From assembly GCF_051903065.1 (NCBI RefSeq), contig NZ_CP178438.1: a stretch of 64,000 bases of DNA; one strand, written 5' to 3'. A model generated the notes under the pieces. The model was not told where the DNA came from, searched no databases, and saw only the letters and a list, made by a program, of their open reading frames with translations. A program made the position numbers and the translations under genes. The first letter of the stretch is position 1. Each line of letters starts with the position of its first letter. This DNA comes from Escherichia coli (GTDB taxonomy: Bacteria > Pseudomonadota > Gammaproteobacteria > Enterobacterales > Enterobacteriaceae). Of this stretch, positions 23,275 through 33,884 are shown piece by piece.

Positions 23275-24693
23275 CTATGCGTTTTTCAACATCCACTCAA
23301 TTTCTGTTTCTGTGATGAGGCGCTCAAACTGCAACAGCTCATCATTTTTACAGGCGTGATACACATGGCAAAACCGTTCGCCTAAATAGCGGCGCAGGTG
23401 ATCATTCTCGATAAACTCACCCAGGGCATCGCTCTGGCGAATCGGGAAGGGTAAGCCATCCTGTTCCAGCCCGTTGCCTTCGACTTCTTCCTGCAACGGC
23501 AGCTCGTTATCAAGACCGTGCAAAATACCGGCAAAAATCGCTGCCATCACCAGATATGGGTTGGCATCGGCACCCGCCACGCGATATTCCACGCGGTGAT
23601 TATGACGATCGCCGCATGGAATACGCAGGGCGACGGTACGGTTATTATGGCCCCACGACGCCTGCGTCGGTACATACATCCCTGGCTGGAAGCGGCGATA
23701 CGAGTTCACGTTTGGTGCCAGCAACGCCATTGATGACGGCATCAGGTCAATCATCCCGGCGAGCATCTTTTTCAGCAGCGGCGAATCTTCGCCTTCTGTG
23801 TCAGAAAGCACGTTCTCGCCACGATTATTTTGCATACTGATATGGATATGCATTCCGCTGCCCGCGTGCTCTTCATACGGCTTCGCCATAAAAGTGGCGT
23901 GCATCTTATGCTTTTCTGCCATCAGACGCACCAGGCGTTTTAGTGCCAGCGCATCATCGCAGGCTTCCAGCACGTTATCAGTATGGTAAAGGTTGATTTC
24001 AAACTGACCCGGCGAGGCCTCAGCGACCGCGCCATCTGCCGGAATCAGCTGTAACTGTGCCAGTTCATCAATATCATTGAGCACATCGGCGAAGTGGTTG
24101 AGGTTATCAACCGAGTAAACCTGGCTTTGTGTATTGCGGTCATCGGTGCCGGGTGCGCAGGGCGGTTGCAGATACCCTTCAGCGTCGCGCTGACGATCCA
24201 GTAAATAGAACTCCAGCTCTACCGCTACGACCGGGAACAATCCGCGCTGGCGCAGCTGCTGCCACAGGCGGTTAAGAACGTTCCGCGGCTCAACGTCAAA
24301 GGGAGCGCCATCTTCATCGACCATGGTCAGGAGCATCTGACCGATAAACTCTGGATCGGCGGCAGAAGGGGTTAAGGAACCGAGAACAGGAACACAGGTA
24401 CGATCCGGCTCGCCCATTTCCTGACCCAGACCCGCTTCTTCTACTACGTTGCCCAGAATATCCATTGCAAACACCGAGGCCGGGAAATAACACCCTTTCT
24501 CCAGCTTCTTCAGACTTGAAACAGGAATACGTTTTCCACGGAAGCAACCATTCAAATCGGTAAGTAAAACATCAACATATTGCGTATTCGGGTAGCGCTC
24601 CAGGTAGCGTTTCACTTCCTGCGTAAAGGCGCTACCCCGCCTCTCTTCTGACTGCTGAACAAAGTTCTCTACTTCAACGATATTGGTTTCCAT
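23275..24693 (-). CDS. puuA: Glutamate-putrescine ligase (glutamine-synthetase-like)
   Basis: ORF 23275..24771; start set at METNIVEVENF... (472 aa). Confidence 0.9.
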   Translation of the reverse strand: METNIVEVENFVQQSEERRGSAFTQEVKRYLERYPNTQYVDVLLTDLNGCFRGKRIPVSSLKKLEKGCYFPASVFAMDILGNVVEEAGLGQEMGEPDRTCVPVLGSLTPSAADPEFIGQMLLTMVDEDGAPFDVEPRNVLNRLWQQLRQRGLFPVVAVELEFYLLDRQRDAEGYLQPPCAPGTDDRNTQSQVYSVDNLNHFADVLNDIDELAQLQLIPADGAVAEASPGQFEINLYHTDNVLEACDDALALKRLVRLMAEKHKMHATFMAKPYEEHAGSGMHIHISMQNNRGENVLSDTEGEDSPLLKKMLAGMIDLMPSSMALLAPNVNSYRRFQPGMYVPTQASWGHNNRTVALRIPCGDRHNHRVEYRVAGADANPYLVMAAIFAGILHGLDNELPLQEEVEGNGLEQDGLPFPIRQSDALGEFIENDHLRRYLGERFCHVYHACKNDELLQFERLITETEIEWMLKNA

Positions 24694-24736
24694 GATTCTT
24701 CGCCTTTGGTTTGTTTTCCGCTCGTTATCAAAGCGT

Positions 24737-24923
24737 AAAATATAATGACCACCATTCGAATCTGTATGCAAACTAAATGTTTGTCAAATGTTAAATTGAG
24801 TTTGCAAAAAAGAAAACTCACTGCTAGATTGAAAAAATATTGAACAGAAAGGTCATTTAAACCGCAGTAATGGCGATAATTTAGTCCACTTTGTGAGATT
24901 GAGCATGGAAAATATAATGAACA
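24737..24923. promoter_or_regulatory. puuA/puuD divergent control region with three copies of an AAAATATAATGA(A/C)C-like motif (24737..24750, 24834..24846, 24909..24923)
   Basis: Motif copies read directly; the third overlaps the first codons of puuD; candidate PuuR operators. Confidence 0.5.
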
Positions 24924-25669
24924 ATCCGGTTATCGGTGTCGTAATGTGCAGGAACAGGCTTAAGGGTCATGCGACCCAGACTCTGCAAGAAAAGTACCTG
25001 AATGCCATCATCCACGCAGGCGGTTTGCCAATTGCGCTGCCACATGCGCTGGCGGAACCGTCGTTACTTGAACAACTTTTGCCGAAACTCGATGGCATTT
25101 ATCTTCCTGGTAGTCCCAGCAATGTGCAGCCGCACCTATATGGTGAAAACGGCGATGAGCCTGACGCCGATCCCGGGCGTGATCTTCTGAGCATGGCGTT
25201 AATTAATGCCGCACTCGAAAGGCGCATCCCCATTTTCGCCATCTGCCGGGGTTTACAGGAACTGGTGGTGGCAACCGGTGGTTCGTTGCATCGCAAGCTG
25301 TGCGAACAGCCTGAATTGCTGGAACATCGGGAAGATCCCGAACTGCCGGTGGAACAGCAATATGCACCGTCGCATGAAGTTCAGGTTGAAGAGGGGGGAT
25401 TACTGTCTGCGTTGTTACCTGAATGTAGCAACTTTTGGGTAAACTCTCTACATGGACAAGGGGCGAAGGTCGTTAGCCCACGGTTGCGTGTTGAAGCTCG
25501 CTCGCCGGATGGCTTAGTTGAGGCGGTTAGCGTCATCAATCATCCTTTTGCGCTGGGCGTACAGTGGCACCCGGAATGGAACAGTAGCGAGTACGCGCTT
25601 TCGCGTATATTGTTCGAGGGCTTTATCACCGCTTGTCAGCACCATATCGCTGAAAAACAGCGACTCTGA
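24905..25669 (+). CDS. puuD: Gamma-glutamyl-GABA hydrolase
   Basis: ORF 24893..25669; start set at MENIMNNPVIG... (254 aa). Confidence 0.9.
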   Translation: MENIMNNPVIGVVMCRNRLKGHATQTLQEKYLNAIIHAGGLPIALPHALAEPSLLEQLLPKLDGIYLPGSPSNVQPHLYGENGDEPDADPGRDLLSMALINAALERRIPIFAICRGLQELVVATGGSLHRKLCEQPELLEHREDPELPVEQQYAPSHEVQVEEGGLLSALLPECSNFWVNSLHGQGAKVVSPRLRVEARSPDGLVEAVSVINHPFALGVQWHPEWNSSEYALSRILFEGFITACQHHIAEKQRL

Positions 25670-25695
25670 CCACTACAGTTTAAGGAAATGCAAAT

Positions 25696-26253
25696 ATGAG
25701 TGATGAGGGACTGGCGCCAGGAAAACGCTTGTCGGAAATCCGCCAGCAGCAGGGGCTTTCACAACGTCGTGCCGCCGAACTCTCCGGGCTGACTCACAGT
25801 GCTATCAGTACGATAGAACAAGATAAAGTCAGCCCTGCCATCAGTACGCTGCAAAAGCTGCTGAAGGTGTATGGTCTGTCACTCTCGGAATTCTTTTCCG
25901 AGCCGGAAAAACCTGATGAGCCGCAGGTCGTCATTAATCAGGACGATTTAATTGAGATGGGCAGTCAGGGTGTGTCAATGAAGCTGGTTCATAACGGTAA
26001 CCCGAATCGCACGCTGGCGATGATCTTTGAAACGTACCAGCCGGGCACAACCACTGGGGAAAGAATTAAGCATCAGGGTGAGGAAATAGGCACTGTACTG
26101 GAAGGTGAAATTGTTCTGACGATTAATGGTCAGGATTACCACCTCGTCGCGGGGCAAAGTTATGCCATTAATACCGGCATCCCGCACAGTTTCAGTAATA
26201 CATCGGCAGGTATTTGCCGAATTATTAGCGCCCATACGCCCACCACGTTTTAA
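25696..26253 (+). CDS. puuR: HTH-XRE/cupin repressor of the puu genes
   Basis: 185-aa ORF with N-terminal HTH (LSQRRAAELSGLTHSAISTIEQ) and C-terminal cupin. Confidence 0.9.
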   Translation: MSDEGLAPGKRLSEIRQQQGLSQRRAAELSGLTHSAISTIEQDKVSPAISTLQKLLKVYGLSLSEFFSEPEKPDEPQVVINQDDLIEMGSQGVSMKLVHNGNPNRTLAMIFETYQPGTTTGERIKHQGEEIGTVLEGEIVLTINGQDYHLVAGQSYAINTGIPHSFSNTSAGICRIISAHTPTTF

Positions 26254-26402
26254 TCTTTTTGTTCTGTAAGCCGGGTAAGCGCAATGCGCCCGGCAATCCA
26301 TAAAGAATGTCGCCAGAAATAAACGGGCATACGGCCCGGGGATCTCTGCGCCCTGACGTTCACAAACTGCATATATCTGATAGTCGTGAAACAGGAGTCA
26401 TA

Positions 26403-27890
26403 ATGAATTTTCATCATCTGGCTTACTGGCAGGATAAAGCGTTAAGTCTCGCCATTGAAACCCGCTTATTTATTAACGGTGAATATACTGCTGCGGCGGA
26501 AAATGAAACCTTTGAAACCGTTGATCCGGTCACCCAGGCACCGCTGGCGAAAATTGCCCGCGGCAAGAGCGTCGATATCGACCGTGCGGTGAGCGCAGCA
26601 CGCGGCGTATTTGAACGCGGCGACTGGTCACTCTCTTCTCCGGCTAAACGTAAAGCAGTGCTGAATAAACTCGCCGATTTAATGGAAGCCAACGCCGAAG
26701 AGCTGGCACTGCTGGAAACTCTCGACACCGGCAAACCGATTCGTCACAGTCTGCGAGATGATATTCCCGGCGCGGCGCGCGCCATTCGCTGGTACGCCGA
26801 AGCGATCGACAAAGTGTATGGCGAAGTGGCGACCACCAGTAGCCATGAGCTGGCGATGATCGTGCGTGAACCGGTCGGCGTAATTGCCGCCATTGTACCG
26901 TGGAACTTCCCGCTGCTGCTGACTTGCTGGAAGCTTGGCCCGGCGCTGGCGGCGGGAAACAGCGTGATTCTAAAACCGTCTGAAAAATCACCGCTCAGTG
27001 CGATTCGTCTCGCGGGGCTGGCGAAAGAAGCAGGCTTGCCGGATGGTGTGTTGAACGTAGTAACGGGTTTTGGTCATGAAGCGGGGCAGGCGCTGTCGCG
27101 CCATAACGATATCGATGCCATCGCCTTTACCGGTTCAACCCGTACCGGGAAACAGCTGCTGAAAGATGCGGGCGACAGCAACATGAAACGCGTCTGGCTG
27201 GAAGCGGGCGGCAAAAGCGCCAACATCGTTTTCGCTGACTGCCCGGATTTGCAACAGGCGGCAAGCGCCACCGCAGCAGGCATCTTCTACAACCAGGGTC
27301 AGGTGTGCATCGCCGGAACGCGCCTGTTGCTGGAAGAGAGCATTGCCGATGAATTCTTAGCCCTGTTAAAACAGCAGGCGCAAAACTGGCAGCCGGGCCA
27401 TCCACTTGATCCCGCAACCACCATGGGCACCTTAATCGACTGCGCCCACGCCGACTCGGTCCATAGCTTTATTCGGGAAGGCGAAAGCAAAGGGCAACTG
27501 TTGTTGGATGGCCGTAACGCCGGGCTGGCTGCCGCCATCGGCCCGACCATCTTTGTGGATGTAGACCCGAATGCGTCCTTAAGCCGCGAAGAGATTTTCG
27601 GTCCGGTGCTGGTGGTCACGCGTTTCACATCAGAAGAACAGGCGCTACAGCTTGCCAACGACAGCCAGTACGGCCTTGGCGCGGCGGTATGGACGCGCGA
27701 CCTCTCCCGCGCGCACCGCATGAGCCGACGCCTGAAAGCCGGTTCCGTCTTCGTCAATAACTACAACGACGGCGATATGACCGTGCCGTTTGGCGGCTAT
27801 AAGCAGAGCGGCAACGGTCGCGACAAATCCCTGCATGCCCTTGAAAAATTCACCGAACTGAAAACCATCTGGATAAGCCTGGAGGCCTGA
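26403..27890 (+). CDS. puuC: Gamma-glutamyl-gamma-aminobutyraldehyde dehydrogenase (aldehyde dehydrogenase)
   Basis: ORF 26307..27890; start set at MNFHHLAYWQDK... (495 aa). Confidence 0.9.
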   Translation: MNFHHLAYWQDKALSLAIETRLFINGEYTAAAENETFETVDPVTQAPLAKIARGKSVDIDRAVSAARGVFERGDWSLSSPAKRKAVLNKLADLMEANAEELALLETLDTGKPIRHSLRDDIPGAARAIRWYAEAIDKVYGEVATTSSHELAMIVREPVGVIAAIVPWNFPLLLTCWKLGPALAAGNSVILKPSEKSPLSAIRLAGLAKEAGLPDGVLNVVTGFGHEAGQALSRHNDIDAIAFTGSTRTGKQLLKDAGDSNMKRVWLEAGGKSANIVFADCPDLQQAASATAAGIFYNQGQVCIAGTRLLLEESIADEFLALLKQQAQNWQPGHPLDPATTMGTLIDCAHADSVHSFIREGESKGQLLLDGRNAGLAAAIGPTIFVDVDPNASLSREEIFGPVLVVTRFTSEEQALQLANDSQYGLGAAVWTRDLSRAHRMSRRLKAGSVFVNNYNDGDMTVPFGGYKQSGNGRDKSLHALEKFTELKTIWISLEA

Positions 27891-27891
27891 A

Positions 27892-29172
27892 ATGACCGAA
27901 CATACCAGCAGTTATTACGCCGCCAGTGCGAATAAATACGCGCCATTCGACACGCTGAATGAGTCGATTTCCTGCGACGTTTGCGTGGTCGGCGGCGGCT
28001 ATACCGGGCTTTCCTCCGCGCTGCATCTGGCAGAAGCGGGCTTTGACGTGGTGGTTCTTGAAGCCTCACGCATCGGCTTCGGCGCAAGCGGACGCAACGG
28101 CGGGCAGCTTGTGAACTCCTACAGCCGTGACATCGACGTGATCGAAAAAAGCTACGGCATGGACACCGCCCGTATGCTCGGCAGCATGATGTTCGAAGGT
28201 GGTGAGATCATCCGCGAACGTATCAAACGTTATCAGATTGACTGCGACTATCGTCCTGGCGGTCTGTTTGTGGCGATGAATGATAAACAACTCGCCACAC
28301 TCGAAGAGCAGAAAGAGAACTGGGAACGCTACGGCAATAAACAACTGGAACTGCTGGACGCCAACGCCATTCGCCGTGAAGTGGCCAGCGACCGCTACAC
28401 CGGCGCGCTGTTGGATCACAGCGGCGGACATATTCACCCGTTGAACCTCGCCATTGGCGAAGCCGATGCCATTCGTCTCAACGGCGGACGTGTGTATGAG
28501 CTTTCTGCGGTGACGCAGATCCAGCACACCACGCCCGCCGTGGTGCGTACTACCAAAGGCCAGGTGACGGCGAAGTATGTAATTGTCGCCGGGAATGCGT
28601 ATCTGGGCGATAAAGTGGAGCCGGAACTGGCGAAACGCAGCATGCCGTGCGGCACGCAGGTGATCACCACCGAGCGGCTATCAGACGATTTAGCCCGTTC
28701 GCTGATCCCGAAAAACTACTGCGTTGAAGACTGTAACTATCTGCTTGATTACTACCGTCTGACTGCCGACAACCGCCTGCTGTACGGCGGCGGGGTAGTG
28801 TATGGCGCACGCGACCCGGATGACGTTGAGCGCCTTGTGGTGCCGAAACTGCTGAAAACCTTCCCGCAACTGAAGGGCGTCAAAATCGACTATCGCTGGA
28901 CGGGCAACTTCCTGCTGACCCTGTCGCGTATGCCGCAGTTCGGTCGCCTCGATACCAACATCTATTACATGCAGGGCTACAGCGGCCACGGCGTCACTTG
29001 TACCCACCTCGCCGGGCGTCTGATTGCCGAACTGCTGCGCGGCGACGCCGAACGTTTCGATGCCTTCGCCAATCTGCCGCATTACCCGTTCCCCGGCGGG
29101 CGCACGCTGCGTGTGCCGTTTACCGCGATGGGCGCGGCTTATTACAGCCTGCGCGATCGTCTGGGCGTTTAA
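27892..29172 (+). CDS. puuB: Gamma-glutamylputrescine oxidase (FAD-dependent)
   Basis: 426-aa ORF with N-terminal dinucleotide-binding motif VVGGGYTG. Confidence 0.9.
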   Translation: MTEHTSSYYAASANKYAPFDTLNESISCDVCVVGGGYTGLSSALHLAEAGFDVVVLEASRIGFGASGRNGGQLVNSYSRDIDVIEKSYGMDTARMLGSMMFEGGEIIRERIKRYQIDCDYRPGGLFVAMNDKQLATLEEQKENWERYGNKQLELLDANAIRREVASDRYTGALLDHSGGHIHPLNLAIGEADAIRLNGGRVYELSAVTQIQHTTPAVVRTTKGQVTAKYVIVAGNAYLGDKVEPELAKRSMPCGTQVITTERLSDDLARSLIPKNYCVEDCNYLLDYYRLTADNRLLYGGGVVYGARDPDDVERLVVPKLLKTFPQLKGVKIDYRWTGNFLLTLSRMPQFGRLDTNIYYMQGYSGHGVTCTHLAGRLIAELLRGDAERFDAFANLPHYPFPGGRTLRVPFTAMGAAYYSLRDRLGV

Positions 29173-29209
29173 TTTCCGATTAACAGTGAAGAGTCAAAAG
29201 GTGTGAAAC

Positions 29210-30475
29210 ATGAGCAACAATGAATTCCATCAGCGTCGTCTTTCTGCCACCCCGCGCGGGGTTGGCGTGATGTGTAACTTCTTCGCCCAGTCGGCAGAAA
29301 ACGCCACGCTTAAGGATGTTGAGGGCAACGAGTACATCGATTTCGCCGCAGGCATTGCGGTGCTGAACACGGGGCATCGCCACCCTGAATTGGTCGCGGC
29401 GGTGGAGCAGCAACTGCAACAGTTTACCCACACCGCGTACCAGATTGTGCCGTATGAAAGCTACGTCACCCTTGCGGAGAAAATCAACGCCCTTGCCCCG
29501 GTGAGCGGGCAGGCTAAAACTGCGTTCTTCACCACCGGCGCGGAAGCGGTGGAAAACGCGGTGAAAATCGCCCGCGCCCATACCGGACGCCCTGGTGTGA
29601 TTGCGTTTAGCGGCGGCTTCCACGGTCGTACGTATATGACTATGGCGTTAACTGGAAAGGTCGCGCCGTACAAAATCGGCTTCGGCCCGTTCCCTGGTTC
29701 GGTGTATCACGTAGCTTATCCGTCAGATTTACATGGCGTTTCAACACAGGACTCCCTCGACGCCATCGAACGCTTGTTTAAATCAGACATCGAAGCGAAG
29801 CAGGTCGCGGCCATTATTTTCGAACCGGTGCAGGGCGAGGGCGGTTTCAACGTTGCACCCAAAGAGCTGGTTGCCGCCATTCGCCGCCTGTGCGACGAGC
29901 ACGGTATTGTGATGATTGCTGATGAAGTGCAAAGCGGCTTTGCGCGTACCGGTAAGCTGTTTGCCATGGATCATTACGCCGATAAGCCGGATTTAATGAC
30001 GATGGCGAAAAGCCTCGCGGGCGGGATGCCGCTTTCGGGCGTGGTCGGTAACGCGAATATTATGGACGCACCCGCGCCGGGCGGGCTTGGCGGCACCTAC
30101 GCCGGTAACCCGCTGGCGGTGGCTGCTGCGCACGCGGTGCTCAACATTATCGACAAAGAATCACTCTGCGAACGCGCGAATCAACTGGGCCAGCGTCTGA
30201 CAAACACGCTGATTGATGCCAAAGAAAGCGTTCCGGCCATCGCGGCGGTACGTGGTCTGGGCTCGATGATTGCGGCAGAATTTAACGACCCGCAAACGGG
30301 CGAACCGTCAGCCGCCATTGCGCAAAAAATTCAGCAACGCGCGCTGGCGCAGGGACTGCTTCTACTGACCTGTGGCGCATACGGCAACGTGATTCGTTTC
30401 CTGTATCCGCTGACCATCCCGGATGCGCAATTCGATGCGGCAATGAAAATTTTGCAGGATGCGCTGAGAGATTAA
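29210..30475 (+). CDS. puuE: 4-aminobutyrate aminotransferase (PLP-dependent)
   Basis: 421-aa class-III aminotransferase ORF. Confidence 0.9.
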   Translation: MSNNEFHQRRLSATPRGVGVMCNFFAQSAENATLKDVEGNEYIDFAAGIAVLNTGHRHPELVAAVEQQLQQFTHTAYQIVPYESYVTLAEKINALAPVSGQAKTAFFTTGAEAVENAVKIARAHTGRPGVIAFSGGFHGRTYMTMALTGKVAPYKIGFGPFPGSVYHVAYPSDLHGVSTQDSLDAIERLFKSDIEAKQVAAIIFEPVQGEGGFNVAPKELVAAIRRLCDEHGIVMIADEVQSGFARTGKLFAMDHYADKPDLMTMAKSLAGGMPLSGVVGNANIMDAPAPGGLGGTYAGNPLAVAAAHAVLNIIDKESLCERANQLGQRLTNTLIDAKESVPAIAAVRGLGSMIAAEFNDPQTGEPSAAIAQKIQQRALAQGLLLLTCGAYGNVIRFLYPLTIPDAQFDAAMKILQDALRD

Positions 30476-30503
30476 TACGCAGAAGCAGGGGCAACGCAAT
30501 AAT

Positions 30504-30587
30504 GCCTGATATGCTGCGCTTATCAGACCTGCAAACGACGTATTGATTATGTATGCCGGATAAGGCGTTCACGCCGCATCCGGCAAG
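30504..30587. repeat. BIME: two REP elements in opposite orientation between puuE and pspF
   Basis: gcctgatatgctgcgcttatcagacc and gccggataaggcgttcacgccgcatccggc both match the REP consensus. Confidence 0.7.
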
Positions 30588-30605
30588 TTGTATTGCCCAA
30601 CTTCG

Positions 30606-31583
30606 CTAAATCTGGTGCTTTTTCAACAACGCGCGGAACTGATGATAGGTTAACCCCAGCAATTCAGCTGCGCGCTTCTGGTTATATTTCCCTTGTTGCA
30701 AACTGAGTTGCAGCAACTCTTTTTCCTGCTGCATCTGAAACTCACGTAAATCCAGCGGCAGCATCGGAAGCGAGGTGTTTTCTGAAACGGCGTTGGCTTC
30801 TTCTGGTGGACGCCGTTTAAAGGGATCAAGAATGATGTCATCAAGCGGATAATCGCTGGTGCCGTGGCGATACACTGAACGTTCCACCACGTTTTTCAAT
30901 TCACGAATATTTCCCGGCCAGCGATAATTCAGCAATGTTTCTCTGGCGTGCTCGGTAAAACCTGGGAACAGAGGCAGCTTGATTTCCCGACACATCTGGA
31001 TGGCAAAGTGTTCCGCCATCAACATAATGTCACTTTCGCGCTCGCGCAGTGGTGGCAGTTGCACAACATCAAAAGCCAGGCGGTCGAGCAGGTCAGCGCG
31101 AAAAGTACCTTCATTGACCATCGCCGGGAGATCGGCATTCGTCGCGCATACCAACCGCACATTCACCTGCAACGGCTGGCTGCCGCCAACGCGCTCCAGT
31201 TCACCGTACTCAATCACGCGCAATAATTTTTCCTGCACCATCATCGGTGCTGTAGCGAGTTCATCAAGAAATAGCGTACCGCCGTCGGCACGTTCAAATC
31301 TCCCTGGATGACGTTTTTGCGCACCGGTAAACGCCCCCGCTTCGTGACCAAACAGTTCGGAATCCAGCAGATTTTCATTTAACGCCGCGCAGTTAAGGGA
31401 AATAAACGGCCCTTGCCAACGGGAGGAGAGATAATGCAGGCGGCTGGCAATCAGCTCTTTACCGGTGCCGCGTTCGCCGATGATGAGCACCGGTTTGTCC
31501 AGTGGTGCGAGATGCGAAACCTGTTCCAGCACTTCGAGAAAGCTGTTCGCCTCACCGAGTAAATTATCTTTGTATTCTGCCAT
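30606..31583 (-). CDS. pspF: Sigma-54-dependent activator of the psp operon (AAA+ enhancer-binding protein)
   Basis: ORF 30606..31598; start set at MAEYKDNLLGE...; GAFTGA motif and C-terminal HTH present. Confidence 0.9.
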   Translation of the reverse strand: MAEYKDNLLGEANSFLEVLEQVSHLAPLDKPVLIIGERGTGKELIASRLHYLSSRWQGPFISLNCAALNENLLDSELFGHEAGAFTGAQKRHPGRFERADGGTLFLDELATAPMMVQEKLLRVIEYGELERVGGSQPLQVNVRLVCATNADLPAMVNEGTFRADLLDRLAFDVVQLPPLRERESDIMLMAEHFAIQMCREIKLPLFPGFTEHARETLLNYRWPGNIRELKNVVERSVYRHGTSDYPLDDIILDPFKRRPPEEANAVSENTSLPMLPLDLREFQMQQEKELLQLSLQQGKYNQKRAAELLGLTYHQFRALLKKHQI

Positions 31584-31677
31584 GATGAAATTCGCCACTT
31601 GTTAGTGTAATTCGCTAATTCATCCTGGCATGTTGCTGTTGATTCTTCAATCAGATCTTTATAAATCAAAAAGATAA

Positions 31678-32418
<741 letters not shown>

Positions 32419-32471
32419 TAACATCCAGGCGGCGTCCGAACGCGCCGCCGCTCATCGTCTAAGGAGTACTT

Positions 32472-32696
32472 ATGAGCGCGCTATTTCTGGCTATTCCGTT
32501 AACCATTTTTGTGCTGTTTGTTTTACCGATCTGGTTATGGCTGCATTACAGCAATCGTTCTGGTCGCAGTGAATTGTCGCAAAGTGAGCAGCAGCGATTA
32601 GCGCAACTGGCTGATGAAGCAAAACGGATGCGCGAACGTATTCAGGCGCTGGAATCTATTCTTGATGCAGAACATCCGAACTGGAGGGATCGCTAA
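32472..32696 (+). CDS. pspB: Phage shock protein B
   Basis: 74-aa single-TM ORF. Confidence 0.9.
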   Translation: MSALFLAIPLTIFVLFVLPIWLWLHYSNRSGRSELSQSEQQRLAQLADEAKRMRERIQALESILDAEHPNWRDR

Positions 32697-33055
32697 TGGC
32701 GGGCATTAATCTCAATAAAAAATTATGGCGTATTCCACAGCAGGGCATGGTCCGTGGCGTCTGCGCCGGGATTGCCAACTATTTTGATGTACCGGTAAAA
32801 CTGGTGCGTATCCTGGTGGTGCTGTCGATTTTCTTCGGTCTGGCGCTGTTTACCCTGGTTGCTTACATCATTTTGTCATTTGCGCTTGATCCAATGCCGG
32901 ACAACATGGCCTTTGGTGAGCAGCTACCTTCCAGCAGCGAATTGCTGGATGAAGTCGACCGTGAACTGGCGGCAAGTGAAACGCGTTTACGCGAGATGGA
33001 ACGTTATGTCACTTCCGATACTTTCACGTTACGTAGCCGTTTCCGTCAACTGTGA
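32696..33055 (+). CDS. pspC: Phage shock protein C
   Basis: 119-aa ORF overlapping the pspB stop. Confidence 0.9.
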
Positions 33056-33063
33056 GGAAAGTT

Positions 33064-33285
33064 ATGAATACTCGCTGGCAACAGGCCGGGCAAAAGGTGA
33101 AGCCTGGTTTCAAATTAGCAGGCAAGCTGGTACTTCTTACCGCACTGCGCTATGGCCCGGCGGGTGTGGCGGGCTGGGCGATAAAATCAGTTGCTCGCCG
33201 ACCGCTGAAAATGTTGCTGGCTGTGGCGCTGGAACCGCTGTTAAGTCGGGCTGCTAATAAACTGGCACAGCGTTATAAAAGGTGA
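33064..33285 (+). CDS. pspD: Phage shock protein D
   Basis: ORF 33052..33285; start set at [10 protein letters not shown]... Confidence 0.85.
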
Positions 33286-33359
33286 GGAGAGTTTCGCAAA
33301 AATTGTTAAATCTCAGGCCTATAATGGATGGCAATTTTCATCCATAGAAGGACACTTAC

Positions 33360-33674
33360 ATGTTTAAAAAAGGCTTACTTGCTCTGGCACTGGTGTTTTC
33401 ACTGCCCGTTTTTGCCGCTGAACACTGGATCGATGTTCGTGTTCCAGAGCAGTATCAGCAAGAGCACGTTCAGGGGGCCATCAATATTCCCCTGAAGGAA
33501 GTGAAAGAGCGCATTGCCACCGTCGTTCCGGATAAAAACGACACCGTGAAAGTGTATTGCAATGCCGGACGCCAGTCAGGGCAGGCAAAAGAGATCCTTA
33601 GCGAGATGGGATATACCCACGTTGAGAACGCCGGTGGCCTGAAAGACATCGCAATGCCGAAGGTCAAAGGTTAA
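33360..33674 (+). CDS. pspE: Periplasmic rhodanese (thiosulfate sulfurtransferase)
   Basis: 104-aa ORF with signal peptide and active-site Cys (CNAGRQS). Confidence 0.9.
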   Translation: MFKKGLLALALVFSLPVFAAEHWIDVRVPEQYQQEHVQGAINIPLKEVKERIATVVPDKNDTVKVYCNAGRQSGQAKEILSEMGYTHVENAGGLKDIAMPKVKG

Positions 33675-33687
33675 AAGAATTCACCAT

Positions 33688-33713
33688 GAGCGGCGCTTAT
33701 GCGCCGTTTTTTT
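33688..33713 (+). terminator. Rho-independent terminator after pspE (gcggcgc-ttat-gcgccg + T7)
   Basis: Hairpin plus T-run read directly. Confidence 0.75.
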
Positions 33714-33884
33714 CTGTCACACCTTATTTACATCCCTATAGATTATTTGCGTCAGCTCACAAATACGCTTTTTCCCTGGTAAAAAATGATTTCCTGCGTG
33801 ACTAAAACCCTTGTGCTCAATTGACAGTTTATTTTCTGCGGAGTAGTCTCTCATTTCATGGGACCGCTACCACGGAAAGGCAAC

